The notes under the pieces: model-generated
The model's input: only the letters and a program-made list of their open reading frames with translations
Told to the model about the DNA's origin: nothing
Databases searched by the model: none
From: Pseudomonadota bacterium
GTDB taxonomy: Bacteria > Myxococcota > JACRCW01 > JAFGSX01
Length of the DNA: 64,000 nt
Assembly: GCA_043821645.1 (NCBI GenBank)
Contig: JBDRCO010000053.1
Location: 1 to 64,000 of the forward strand
Direction: 5' to 3'
Position numbers and translations under genes: made by a program
In this document: positions 1 through 9,344 of the stretch, in pieces
Layout of the letters: the number at the start of each line of letters is the position of its first letter
Numbering within the stretch: the stretch's first letter is position 1

Positions 1-2
1 TG

Positions 3-275
3 ACCGCAGAGATCCAGGGCAAGAACTGCGTGCAGACCAAGGAGTACATGCGGGCCTATCACATGGACCTGTTGAACAACTGGCGCGACGAGGCGGTGCG
101 CGAGGGCCTGCGGGTGCACACGGCGCACGACGGTCAGACCTACGACAAGAGCCTGACCAACACCTGCCTCAAGTGCCACTCCAATCAGCAGGACTTCTGC
201 GACGCGTGTCACAACTACCTCGGCGTCAAGCCGTACTGCTGGGACTGCCACATCGACGCGAAGGGAACGAAGTGA
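3..275 (+). CDS. dsrJ: DsrJ periplasmic triheme cytochrome c (5'-truncated by window edge)
   Basis: Frame is open from the window start. CV..KEYMRAYHMDLLNNWRD..VR motif plus CLKCH, CDACH and CWDCH; lies directly before dsrO and dsrP. Confidence 0.9.
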   Translation, partial: TAEIQGKNCVQTKEYMRAYHMDLLNNWRDEAVREGLRVHTAHDGQTYDKSLTNTCLKCHSNQQDFCDACHNYLGVKPYCWDCHIDAKGTK

Positions 276-1048
276 TGGACGACAAAGGTCGGAGACGTTT
301 CCTCAAGATCGCGGGGTGCACGGCCCTGGGGCTCGGCAGCGCGCCGCTGTGGAGCGCGGTCGCCGGTGGTTGGCCGCGCGGCACGAAGAACCCGCAGGCG
401 CTCAAGGGCGGGCGCTGGGCCATGGTGATCGACCTGAAGAAGTGCCAGGAGCAGCAGGGCTGCACCGACTGCATCGAGACCTGCCACCGGATTCACAACG
501 TGCCGCACTTCGACGATCCCAACCGCGAGGTCAAGTGGATCTGGAAAGAAGACTTCAACGGCGCCTTCCCCGATCAGGGACAGGACTTCCTCGAGTCCGG
601 CGTGAACCAGAAGCCCGCGCTGATCACCTGCAACCACTGCGACCGCGCGCCCTGCGTCCGCGTCTGCCCGACCAAGGCGACGTGGAGGCGGGAAGACGGC
701 GTGGTGATGATGGACATGCACCGCTGCATCGGCTGCCGCTACTGCATGGTGGCCTGTCCGTACGGCGCGCGCAGCTTCAACTGGTCGGATCCGCGCAAGG
801 CGCTCAAGTCTCAGGACAAGGGCTTCCCCACGCGGATGAAAGGTGTGGTGGAGAAGTGCAACTTCTGCGCCGAGCGCCTGGCCAAGGGCCAACTGCCGGG
901 CTGCGTCGAAGTCTGCAAGTACGGCGCGATGAGCTTCGGCGATCTGCAGGATCCCAACTCCGAGGTGCGGCGGATCCTGCGCTCGAGCTTCGCGATCCGT
1001 CGAAAGATCGGCCTGGGGACGCAGCCCAGCGTGTTCTACCTGGTTTAG
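275..1048 (+). CDS. dsrO: DsrO periplasmic 4Fe-4S dicluster protein
   Basis: TGATG overlap with dsrJ stop; Tat signal RRRFLK; CNHCDRAPCVRVCP, CIGCRYCMVACPY and KCNFC motifs. Confidence 0.9.
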   Translation: MDDKGRRRFLKIAGCTALGLGSAPLWSAVAGGWPRGTKNPQALKGGRWAMVIDLKKCQEQQGCTDCIETCHRIHNVPHFDDPNREVKWIWKEDFNGAFPDQGQDFLESGVNQKPALITCNHCDRAPCVRVCPTKATWRREDGVVMMDMHRCIGCRYCMVACPYGARSFNWSDPRKALKSQDKGFPTRMKGVVEKCNFCAERLAKGQLPGCVEVCKYGAMSFGDLQDPNSEVRRILRSSFAIRRKIGLGTQPSVFYLV

Positions 1049-1061
1049 GGAGAGGTGGGCC

Positions 1062-2222
1062 ATGGTTGAGAACGTACTCAAGGGAAGCAAGACCTACTGG
1101 GCCTGGGTCGCCTTTCTCCTCGCGCTGATCGCCAGCGGCGTCGGGTTCGGTGTGTACCAGTGGTTCGAGGGCCTGGGCATCACCGGGATGAGCCGCGACG
1201 TGCCCTGGGGCTTCTACATCGGACAGTTCACCTTCCTTGTCGGCGTGGCCGCGTCGGCGGTGATGGTGGTGCTGCCCTACTACCTTCACCACTACAAGGC
1301 CTTTGGCAAGCTGGCGGTGCTCGGCGAGTTCGTCGCGGTGAGCGCTGTCATCATGTGCATGCTGTTCATCTTCGTCGACATGGGCCAGCCCACACGCATC
1401 CTCAACGTGTTCCTGCACCCCACGGTCAACTCGCTGATGTTCTGGGACACGGTGTCGCTGTTCGGCTACTTCGGCCTCAACGTACTCATCACCTGGGTCA
1501 CCTTCGGTGCCGAGCGCAAGGGCCTGCCGCCCCCGGGCTGGATCAAGCCCGTCATCTACCTGTCCATACCCTGGGCCGTGTCCATCCACACCGTGACCGC
1601 CTTTCTGTACTCCGGTCTGGGTGCGCGGCCGTTCTGGATGACGGCGGTGCTAGCGCCGCGCTTCTTGGCCTCGGCCTTCGCGGTGGGCCCCTCGCTGCTC
1701 ATCCTGTTCGTGCTGATCCTGCGCAAGGTCACCACCTTTGACGCCGGCGACGAGGCGGTCAAGCTGCTGAGCAAGATCGTGACCTACGCCATGGTGGTCA
1801 ACGTGTTCTTGCTGTTCATGGAGTTCTTCACCGCGGGCTACTCGGGCATCCCCGAGCACCTGGAGCATTTCGAGTACCTGTTCTTCGGCCTCGAGGGCAA
1901 GGGCGTGCTGGTGCCCTGGATGTGGACCAGCCTCATTCTCGCCGGGGTGGCCCTGGTGCTGCTCATCGTGCCCAGCCTGCGCAGCGATCCCACCGCGCTG
2001 GTGGTGGCCTGTGTCGCCGTGATCGCTTCGCTGTGGATAGACAAGGGCCTGGGCCTGATCATCGTGGGCTTCATCCCCTCGCCCTTGCACAGCGTCACCG
2101 AATACTGGCCGACAATCCCCGAGGCCATGATCACGCTCGGTATCTACGGCATTGGCGCGCTGCTCATCACCGGCTTCTACAAGATCGCCACCAGCGTGCG
2201 CGCCGAGGTGCGGGGGGTCTAG
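1062..2222 (+). CDS. dsrP: DsrP, NrfD/PsrC-family membrane subunit
   Basis: GMSRDVPWGFYIGQFTFLVGVAASAV, SIHTVTAFLY and APRFLASAF motifs; polytopic; follows dsrJO. Confidence 0.92.
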   Translation: MVENVLKGSKTYWAWVAFLLALIASGVGFGVYQWFEGLGITGMSRDVPWGFYIGQFTFLVGVAASAVMVVLPYYLHHYKAFGKLAVLGEFVAVSAVIMCMLFIFVDMGQPTRILNVFLHPTVNSLMFWDTVSLFGYFGLNVLITWVTFGAERKGLPPPGWIKPVIYLSIPWAVSIHTVTAFLYSGLGARPFWMTAVLAPRFLASAFAVGPSLLILFVLILRKVTTFDAGDEAVKLLSKIVTYAMVVNVFLLFMEFFTAGYSGIPEHLEHFEYLFFGLEGKGVLVPWMWTSLILAGVALVLLIVPSLRSDPTALVVACVAVIASLWIDKGLGLIIVGFIPSPLHSVTEYWPTIPEAMITLGIYGIGALLITGFYKIATSVRAEVRGV

Positions 2223-2341
2223 CCACCCTCGGCCTTCGAAGTTCTCTTTGCTCCCGCGTTCATAAAATAAGCACCCGCTTGTTCCCGACCTGGCACGATG
2301 CGGTACTTGGACCGGGCGGTCTCCCGAGGTCGGAGTCTGGC

Positions 2342-2890
2342 GTGCCGCAGGTCAAGGGTTCCATGCTCACCGAGTGGGTGAGGACGGTCCGCGCCGACCG
2401 CAGCGGCGAGCTCGCCGCCCGCCTTCCACCACAGCTGCGCGCCATGCTCGACACGCGCGTGCTGCCCTCGCTGTGGTATCCCTTCGAGTTCTACAAGGCC
2501 TGTTTTCTGATCGTGTTCGAGCTGCGCGGTGGCGGCGACCTGCGGCTCGCGCGCAGCTGGGGTCTGGACTACGGCCAGCAGATACTCGACAGGGTGTACC
2601 CGGCAACGATCCGCCCGGGGGATCCCCTGGCTGGCCTGTGCGCCTACGAGAGGCTGTTCTCGAGCTTCTTCGACTTTGGCAGCGTCCAGGTCGAAGCCGT
2701 GGGTGAGCGGGAGGTGAGGCTCACGGTGCGGGACTTCGACCGCGACTTCGAGCCCTTTTACCACCTGCTGGGTGGCTGGATGGAGCGGGTGGTGCAGCTG
2801 TGTCGTGGTGAGCAGGCCAGCGTTCAGTTCGAGCAGCGGAGCTGGGACGGCGCAACCGCCACCGGCTACCTTGTGCGCTGGTCTACCTGA
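2342..2890 (+). CDS. DUF2378/TIGR02265-like (V4R-like) hypothetical protein
   Basis: GTG start after GGAG; VKGSML..VLPSLWYP..SFFDFG..GWMERVVQLC..VRW pattern resembles the family common in myxobacteria. Confidence 0.55.
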   Translation: MPQVKGSMLTEWVRTVRADRSGELAARLPPQLRAMLDTRVLPSLWYPFEFYKACFLIVFELRGGGDLRLARSWGLDYGQQILDRVYPATIRPGDPLAGLCAYERLFSSFFDFGSVQVEAVGEREVRLTVRDFDRDFEPFYHLLGGWMERVVQLCRGEQASVQFEQRSWDGATATGYLVRWST

Positions 2891-3016
2891 CGCGACTGGC
2901 GCAGGCCGTGCACTGTGGCGCTCTGCCCTGCACTTGTTCCCCCGGAAGCGGCGGGTAAGATCGCGTCAGCGACGCCGCCGACTGCACATCCATCGGGGCT
3001 CGACCGAGGGTCCACC

Positions 3017-3403
3017 ATGCGACTTTGGATTCTGCACCAGGGCCTGCGAGGTGCTGGCCTCGTCCTCGTTGCCGGCCTTCTCGCCGTGACCGCCTGCCGC
3101 AGCACCGACCAGCTCGGCGCGGACTTCGACGCCTACGTCGAGGAGAACGCCAGCTGCCAGAGTGCCGACGCGTGCGCTGTGATCTTCACCGAGTGCCCCC
3201 TGGGCTGCTTTCATGCCGTGCGCACGGACAGGGTCGAGCAGGTGCGGCAGCGCGCCGACGAGCTGGTCGCCGAGTACGAGATGTGGGGACAGGCCTGCGC
3301 CTACGACTGCGTCATGGCCGGCGAGCCGAGCTGCCAGGATGGCCTGTGCCACGTCGAGAGCCTGGAGCCAGGAGTCGACGCCGGGATCGAGGACGGGGGC
3401 TGA
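3017..3403 (+). CDS. Cys-rich putative lipoprotein
   Basis: Hydrophobic signal ending LAVTAC; paired cysteines (CPLGC, CAYDC). Confidence 0.6.
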   Translation: MRLWILHQGLRGAGLVLVAGLLAVTACRSTDQLGADFDAYVEENASCQSADACAVIFTECPLGCFHAVRTDRVEQVRQRADELVAEYEMWGQACAYDCVMAGEPSCQDGLCHVESLEPGVDAGIEDGG

Positions 3404-3455
3404 GGCGATCGCGGTGCTCGGCCGAGGCCGAGAAGCGACCCCGCAGGGAGGCAGG

Positions 3456-5777
3456 ATGACGATGCGCGCAACCGGCCTGCTGTGGTCGATCACGGTACCC
3501 GCGCTGGTGCTGGCCAGCGGCAGCGCTCCTCGCGCCAAGCCTGATTCCAGCTTTGCGGCCAAGCAGGTCAGACCTCCGTCGTGTATTCAGCTGGCCCAGG
3601 CCTTTTCGGATCCCGACCTCGACCTCGACGAGGAGGCGCTCCCCGCACTCGTCCTCGGCGTCGACCTCGAGTCCCGGCGCGCGCGGCGGTCTCGACGCTG
3701 TGCCGACGACGAGGCGAAGCAACAGGACCTCCGTCGCCGCGCCCTGCACACGGTACATGGCTGCGCCGTCGGGGCTCGCGCGAAGAAAGACACCGCAGCG
3801 TGGCGCGCGCTGTCCAGCGCCCTGGGCGTGCTCAATCTGTGGACGGAGGAGCCGGAGCGCCTGCGGTGGCTCGACACGCTCGACGTGGTCGCACCGCGAG
3901 ACCTCGCCCTGTACTGGCGCGCCCAGGGTATCCTCGACGACAAGCTCGCCGGTCTCGACGAGACCAATACACCAGGGTCAGCGGCGGCCTCGGCGACCCG
4001 GCTGCACCTGCTGCGGCAAGCCGTGGCAACCAAGCCGGACCTGCAGGGCGCGCGCCTGGCTGCGGCTCTGGAGCTGGTGCCCGAGCAGCACCCCGCCGAC
4101 GTGCTCGAGCTGCTCAGGCCCGTGCCAGACAGCTTCGCACCGCCGGCCGTGGCAACCTGGCGCGGGCGGGCGCTGCTGGCCACGGGGGCGACCGAGCAGG
4201 CCATCGCGTTGTTTCGCCTGGCTCTGGCCCAGGAACAGGACGAGAAGAAGGCCCGCCGCCAGGCCCGCCGTGCGCGGCGCGATCCCCGGGCCCTGGTCGA
4301 CAGGCCAGCGCCAGCGAAGCCGGACGCGGACAATCTGGTCACGCGCTTTGCCACGCGGCACGGCAGCCCCCTTGATGTCGAGCGGTGGCAGGGGGAGGCG
4401 CTGGCGGTCAGCGGCGACCTCGACGGCGCGCTGCAAGCCCTGCTCGAGGGGCACAGCTATGAGCCCCTGGCCAGGTTGGCCCTGGCACATGGCCGGCTGT
4501 TCGAGGCGGCGCTGGCCATGCAGCTGGGTCACAGCGACGACCATGAGCAGCAGGTCGCCACCCTGGAGCGGCTTGGCGCCTGGAGCGCGGCTCTCTCCAG
4601 GGTGCGCTGGCTCAAGAAGCGGCGCTGCGGCGAGCGGGGCGACGCGGACCCGTGCGAGCTCTGGACGCGGCGGGAGCAGCAGCTCCTGCCCAAGGTGCGG
4701 CCTCTGCAGGTGGACCCGTCGCGCGCGTTTCCTGGTCTGGCCCAGCGCCTGGCTCGACCTCGGATCCAGATCTGGACCGAGAAACCCGTCCCCCCACAGA
4801 TCGGCACCAGTTCCGCCAGACCACTCTCCATCGACGTGCTGCAAGGCGACGCCGTGGTCTTCGCCGCTGCCCAGGGCGAACGCGCGGTGGCGGTGGTGCT
4901 GTCGCGCGCCATCGACCCGCGTGGCGAGGTGTCGCGCGGGGGCTACTTCGCCTACCTGCGCCAGGGTGACGAGCGCGAGCCCTGGCAGGGGCCATACTAC
5001 CTCGGCTTCGCCGAGAACTACCCCTACGTGGTGCAGAACACCTCGCGCGTCCCGGTCTTCGACCAGCAACGTCTGCAGCTCGAGGTGGAGCTGCGCGAGC
5101 TCGACGACGACAGCATCACCTTGCCGCCGGTGCGCCTGCGCGCCAAGCGGCAGCAAAAGGATCTGGTCATCTCCTGCGCCCTGGACGAGCTGACCCGGGA
5201 CCGCGACGGCGACGGACTCACCGACCTGTACGAGGAGAAGATCGCCACCGACCCCGCGCGCGCGGACAGCGATGGCGATGGCCTGCGCGACGACGAGGAC
5301 ATGCTGCCCCTGACGCCAGAACAGCGCCGTGCGGACGCCGAGCAGGAGATCCTGGCCCAGGCCTTGCTCCGGCTGCTGGGTCAACGCGAGGGCGCCATCG
5401 TGCACGCGCCGTCCTCGCAGCCCGCGGACCTCGACGCCAGCTTGCAGGCCATGCAGCGCAGCGCCGCCGAATCGGCTCGCCGCGACGCACAGGCGCGCAG
5501 CACCAGCGTGCAGGCTCGCTTCATCGAGACCGAGCAGCCCCTGTTCTCGGGCACCCTGGTGCCGGTGCGCACCGTGCTGCTGCCACCCGCGCTGGCCACT
5601 GCCTACGACCGCAAGTTCGGCCGCACCTTCATGCTGCACTTTGGCGATCTCGTGTTCAGCCCGGATCGCCGGCGGGTGTTCTTCACATACAGCTTCGGCT
5701 GGCGCGGCGGCACCTTTGTGGGCGATTTCGACGGTCAGCACTGGACGCTGCGCGAGGTCGGCTCCTGGGTGACATGA
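3456..5777 (+). CDS. Secreted protein with TPR-like helices and Ca-binding DxDGDG (TSP3-like) repeats
   Basis: GGAGG RBS; N-terminal signal; helical repeats; DRDGDGLTD and DSDGDGLRD motifs. Confidence 0.65.
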   Translation: MTMRATGLLWSITVPALVLASGSAPRAKPDSSFAAKQVRPPSCIQLAQAFSDPDLDLDEEALPALVLGVDLESRRARRSRRCADDEAKQQDLRRRALHTVHGCAVGARAKKDTAAWRALSSALGVLNLWTEEPERLRWLDTLDVVAPRDLALYWRAQGILDDKLAGLDETNTPGSAAASATRLHLLRQAVATKPDLQGARLAAALELVPEQHPADVLELLRPVPDSFAPPAVATWRGRALLATGATEQAIALFRLALAQEQDEKKARRQARRARRDPRALVDRPAPAKPDADNLVTRFATRHGSPLDVERWQGEALAVSGDLDGALQALLEGHSYEPLARLALAHGRLFEAALAMQLGHSDDHEQQVATLERLGAWSAALSRVRWLKKRRCGERGDADPCELWTRREQQLLPKVRPLQVDPSRAFPGLAQRLARPRIQIWTEKPVPPQIGTSSARPLSIDVLQGDAVVFAAAQGERAVAVVLSRAIDPRGEVSRGGYFAYLRQGDEREPWQGPYYLGFAENYPYVVQNTSRVPVFDQQRLQLEVELRELDDDSITLPPVRLRAKRQQKDLVISCALDELTRDRDGDGLTDLYEEKIATDPARADSDGDGLRDDEDMLPLTPEQRRADAEQEILAQALLRLLGQREGAIVHAPSSQPADLDASLQAMQRSAAESARRDAQARSTSVQARFIETEQPLFSGTLVPVRTVLLPPALATAYDRKFGRTFMLHFGDLVFSPDRRRVFFTYSFGWRGGTFVGDFDGQHWTLREVGSWVT

Positions 5778-5896
5778 GACAGCCCACGCAATTCCGAGCA
5801 TGCTTGTCGGCAAATAGCGAACAAACCCGCCGTGACGACGTGGACAAGCCTTGCCAGGCCGGCCTCGCGTGCTCAGATCGCGCTGCGAGGTGAGAC

Positions 5897-7564
5897 ATGC
5901 CATCCAAGCACATCGTCGTCGTGGGAGCCTCGGCCGCAGGCCTGCGCTGCGCGGCCAGACTGAGGCGCCGACAGCCCGGCTGGAACATCACCGTGGTCGA
6001 TGCGCGCCAGGAGATCTCGGTGGCCGCCTGCGGTCTACCCTACGTGTTGTCTGGCGACATCCAGCGCGCCGAGGCCCTGCGCGAGACCGCGGACGGAACC
6101 CTGCGCGACGCCGCCTACTTCTCCGACGTCAAGGGGGTGACCGTTCGCTGCGGGCTGCGTGCCACGCGCCTCGACGTCCAGGCTCGCACGCTGCATGTCG
6201 AGGGTGCCGGGGGCGCAGAGGCGCTGCCCTATGACGAGCTGGTGCTGGCCACCGGCTCCAGCGCGAAGAGGCTTGCGGGGCTGAAACCGCATGCACGCGT
6301 TCACGTGTTTCACACCCTGGACGATCTGCGGCCGCTGACCCAGGGGCTGCAAAAAGGGCAGCTCTCGAGCGTCGCCATCGTCGGCGCCGGGCTGGTCGGG
6401 GTGGAGCTGAGCGAGGCCTTCGGCGCGCTGTGGGGAGCCGAGGTGCACCTGTTCGAGCACGCCGCGCAACCTTTGCCCCAGATTCTCGACGACGAGGTGG
6501 GCGCGCTGGTGCGCGCGGTGCTGGTGGCCAACGACGTCCAGGTGCACACCGGCGCCGCCGTGCAGGCCATCGAGCCCGGTGACACGTCGGTGCGGCTCCA
6601 GGCGGGCAGTGTCGAGGTCGAGGTCGACGCCGTGGTGCTGGCCCTGGGAGTGCTACCCCTGGTCGAGCTGGCGCGTGAGGCTGGCGCGGATATCGGACCC
6701 ACAGGGGCCCTGGTCGTCGACCAGCGCCTGCATACCACGCTCGATGGCGTGTGGGCGGCCGGGGACTGCATCGAGGTCCACCACGCGGTCACAGGCGCTC
6801 CCTGCCATCTGCCCCTGGGCTCTCTGGCCAACCGCCAGGGTCGCGTCCTGGCCGACATCCTGGCCGGTGACGACGAGAGCTTTGGACCCGTGGTGGGGTC
6901 GGTGGCGTGCAAGGTCTTCGATCGTAACCTGGCCTGCGCAGGCATCACCCTGGCGCAGGCCCGCGCGCTGGGGCTGCAGGCGCGGGCGGTGTGGACCTCG
7001 GCGCCGGATCGCGCGGACTACTGGCCCGAGAGCAAGGAGATCCACCTGCAGCTGAGCTACGAGGTGGGTACCGAGCGGCTGCTCGGCGTGCAGATCTTTG
7101 GCGAGGGCGAGGTGGCCAAGCGCGTCGATGTCGCCACCACCTACCTGACGCGCAAGGCGACGCTGCGTGAACTCGAAGCGCTGGAGCACGCCTATGCACC
7201 ACCCTACGCGCCCGCCCTGGATCCGCTGGCGGTGGCAGCCATGGTGGCGCGAGATCAGGAACGCGGCTGCGTCGCCTGCTCGCCGCTGGCGTCCGTCGAG
7301 GGTGCGGTGCTCGACGTCCGACGCGAAGACGAGCAGCAGGCGCGAGGCTCGGGTTTCGAGTCCCTGGCCATACCCCTGGCCTCCCTGCGTTCCCGGCATG
7401 CCGAGCTGCGGGACAGGACCTGGACCGTCCTGTGCGAGCGCGGCACCCGCTCGGCCGAGGCCGTACGCCAGCTTGCTGACGACGGGATACAGGCGCGCTA
7501 CGTGGGTGGCGGCTTGCACTGGCTGCTCGCCTCGGGCAGGGTGAGCGCGAATCCGGGGGACTGA
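5897..7564 (+). CDS. FAD-dependent CoA-disulfide/persulfide reductase with C-terminal rhodanese domain (Npsr-like)
   Basis: VVGASAAG FAD motif, redox-active SVAACGLPY, GAGLVG, WAAGDC, YAPPYAP; rhodanese tail DVR..LCERGTRS..GG. Confidence 0.85.
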   Translation: MPSKHIVVVGASAAGLRCAARLRRRQPGWNITVVDARQEISVAACGLPYVLSGDIQRAEALRETADGTLRDAAYFSDVKGVTVRCGLRATRLDVQARTLHVEGAGGAEALPYDELVLATGSSAKRLAGLKPHARVHVFHTLDDLRPLTQGLQKGQLSSVAIVGAGLVGVELSEAFGALWGAEVHLFEHAAQPLPQILDDEVGALVRAVLVANDVQVHTGAAVQAIEPGDTSVRLQAGSVEVEVDAVVLALGVLPLVELAREAGADIGPTGALVVDQRLHTTLDGVWAAGDCIEVHHAVTGAPCHLPLGSLANRQGRVLADILAGDDESFGPVVGSVACKVFDRNLACAGITLAQARALGLQARAVWTSAPDRADYWPESKEIHLQLSYEVGTERLLGVQIFGEGEVAKRVDVATTYLTRKATLRELEALEHAYAPPYAPALDPLAVAAMVARDQERGCVACSPLASVEGAVLDVRREDEQQARGSGFESLAIPLASLRSRHAELRDRTWTVLCERGTRSAEAVRQLADDGIQARYVGGGLHWLLASGRVSANPGD

Positions 7565-7573
7565 GAGGTCTCG

Positions 7574-9328
7574 ATGTATCCGGTGATGTTGAACCTGCGC
7601 GACAAGCGCTGCCTGGTCATCGGCGGTGGCGGCGTGGCCCTGCGCAAGGTCGAGGGCCTGCTCGCTGATGGTGCCGTCGTCGACGTGGTGGCCCGCGAGC
7701 CACACCAGGCGCTGCGCGAGCTGGCACAGGCGAAGACGATCTCCCTGGCCGAGCGCGCCTATGCCCGAGACGACATCGCGGGCCATGTCCTGGTGTTCGC
7801 GGCCACCGACGACAACCGCGTCAACCGCGCGGTGTTCGACGACGCCGAGGCCGCAGGGATCTGGGTCAACGTCGCCGACGTGCCCGAGATCTGCTCCTTC
7901 CACTTGCCTGCGCGGGTGCGTCGCGGCCACTTCCAGCTCGCCATCGCCTCGGCCGGTGAGGCGCCCTTCGTGGTGCGCCGTCTGCGCCAGCTCCTCGAGC
8001 GCCGCTTTGGCCAGGAGTGGGCCGAGTGGATAGAGGCTGCCGCGCGTTTTCGTACCGAGGTGCGCGCCCTGAACCTGGACAGCGCGGCCAGTGAGCGTCG
8101 CTACGACCGTTTTTTCGCCGCCACCGTCGACGAGCCGGGCCTTCATGCTCGGGTGCCCACGGCTGACGAGGAGAAAACCTGGCTCGCCGGTGAGAAGGGA
8201 AAGGTGAGCGCCGACGCCGTGCAGTCCGTCGTCGATCACAGCGCAGCACCTGTCCCGTCGACGATGGTGGGGCTGGTGTCCCTGGTGGGCGCTGGCCCCG
8301 GCGATCCCGGCCTGCTCACGGTGCGCGCCCTGCGGCGCCTGCATGCGGCCCAGGTCATCGTCTACGACAGGCTGGCCGAGAGCGCGCTGCCCCCGGATCT
8401 CGACGCCAGCGTCGAGCTGCACACCGTGGGCAAGGAGGCTGGCCGTCATCCCGTGCCGCAGGAGGAGATCAACGCCCTGCTGGTGCGCCTGGGCCGTGAA
8501 GGCAAGCGCGTGGTGCGGCTCAAGGGCGGCGATCCCTACGTGTTCGGCCGCGGCGGCGAGGAGGCCGAGGATCTGGCGAGAGCCGGGGTGCCCTTCGAGG
8601 TGGTGCCGGGCGTGACCTCGGGCGTGGTCGTGCCCGCCTATGCGGGTATCCCGGTCACCCACCGCGCCGATGCCTCGCGCCTGGCCATGGTCACGGCGCA
8701 CGAGAGTGCCAAGGAGGGCGGGTCCCAGGTGCGCTGGGATCTGCTGGCCCAGGACGCGCACACCACCATCGTCGGCTACATGGGCGTCAGCGCGCTGCCG
8801 CGGGTGGCCGAGAAGCTGATCGCAGGCGGCATGGATCCTCAGACACCAGCCGCCCTGATCGAGCGCGGCACCACCTCATCACAGCGCAGCGTGGTCAGCA
8901 CCCTGCGCGACCTGCACGCGGACGTCGAGAAGGCGGGTCTGCAACCACCAGCACTGTTCGTCATCGGCCAGGCGGTGCGCCACGCCCCCGACCTGAACTG
9001 GTTTGCCTCGCGGCCGCTGTTCGGACAGCGCATTGCCGTGCTTCCTGGCGCGCGTGCCCAGGTCGACATGCTGGAGCTTGCGGGCGCCGAGGTGCTCGAG
9101 TTGCCACTGCCGGTGACGCCGGTGGCGCGCATCCTGCTCGCGGCCCAGCCCCTGGCGGGCGTGGTGTTCTCGAACCCCGACGAGGTCGAGGCGCTGGAGG
9201 ACGAGCGCGGCAACGCCGGCTTCACGGCGTCAACCACGGCCTGGTGTCTGGACGTAGCGACCGAGAAGCGAGCGCGGGAGCGGCGCTGGGGGCGGGTGCG
9301 AGCTGGTGTTCCGGACGTCGGCGACTGA
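7574..9328 (+). CDS. cysG: Siroheme synthase (precorrin-2 dehydrogenase/ferrochelatase + uroporphyrinogen-III methyltransferase, short HemD-like tail)
   Basis: YPVMLNL..GGGGVALRK, NVADVPE, VGAGPGDPGLLT, RLKGGDPYVFGRGGEE, WFASRPLFG. Confidence 0.9.
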   Translation: MYPVMLNLRDKRCLVIGGGGVALRKVEGLLADGAVVDVVAREPHQALRELAQAKTISLAERAYARDDIAGHVLVFAATDDNRVNRAVFDDAEAAGIWVNVADVPEICSFHLPARVRRGHFQLAIASAGEAPFVVRRLRQLLERRFGQEWAEWIEAAARFRTEVRALNLDSAASERRYDRFFAATVDEPGLHARVPTADEEKTWLAGEKGKVSADAVQSVVDHSAAPVPSTMVGLVSLVGAGPGDPGLLTVRALRRLHAAQVIVYDRLAESALPPDLDASVELHTVGKEAGRHPVPQEEINALLVRLGREGKRVVRLKGGDPYVFGRGGEEAEDLARAGVPFEVVPGVTSGVVVPAYAGIPVTHRADASRLAMVTAHESAKEGGSQVRWDLLAQDAHTTIVGYMGVSALPRVAEKLIAGGMDPQTPAALIERGTTSSQRSVVSTLRDLHADVEKAGLQPPALFVIGQAVRHAPDLNWFASRPLFGQRIAVLPGARAQVDMLELAGAEVLELPLPVTPVARILLAAQPLAGVVFSNPDEVEALEDERGNAGFTASTTAWCLDVATEKRARERRWGRVRAGVPDVGD

Positions 9329-9344
9329 GACGCCCCTGTCTGGC

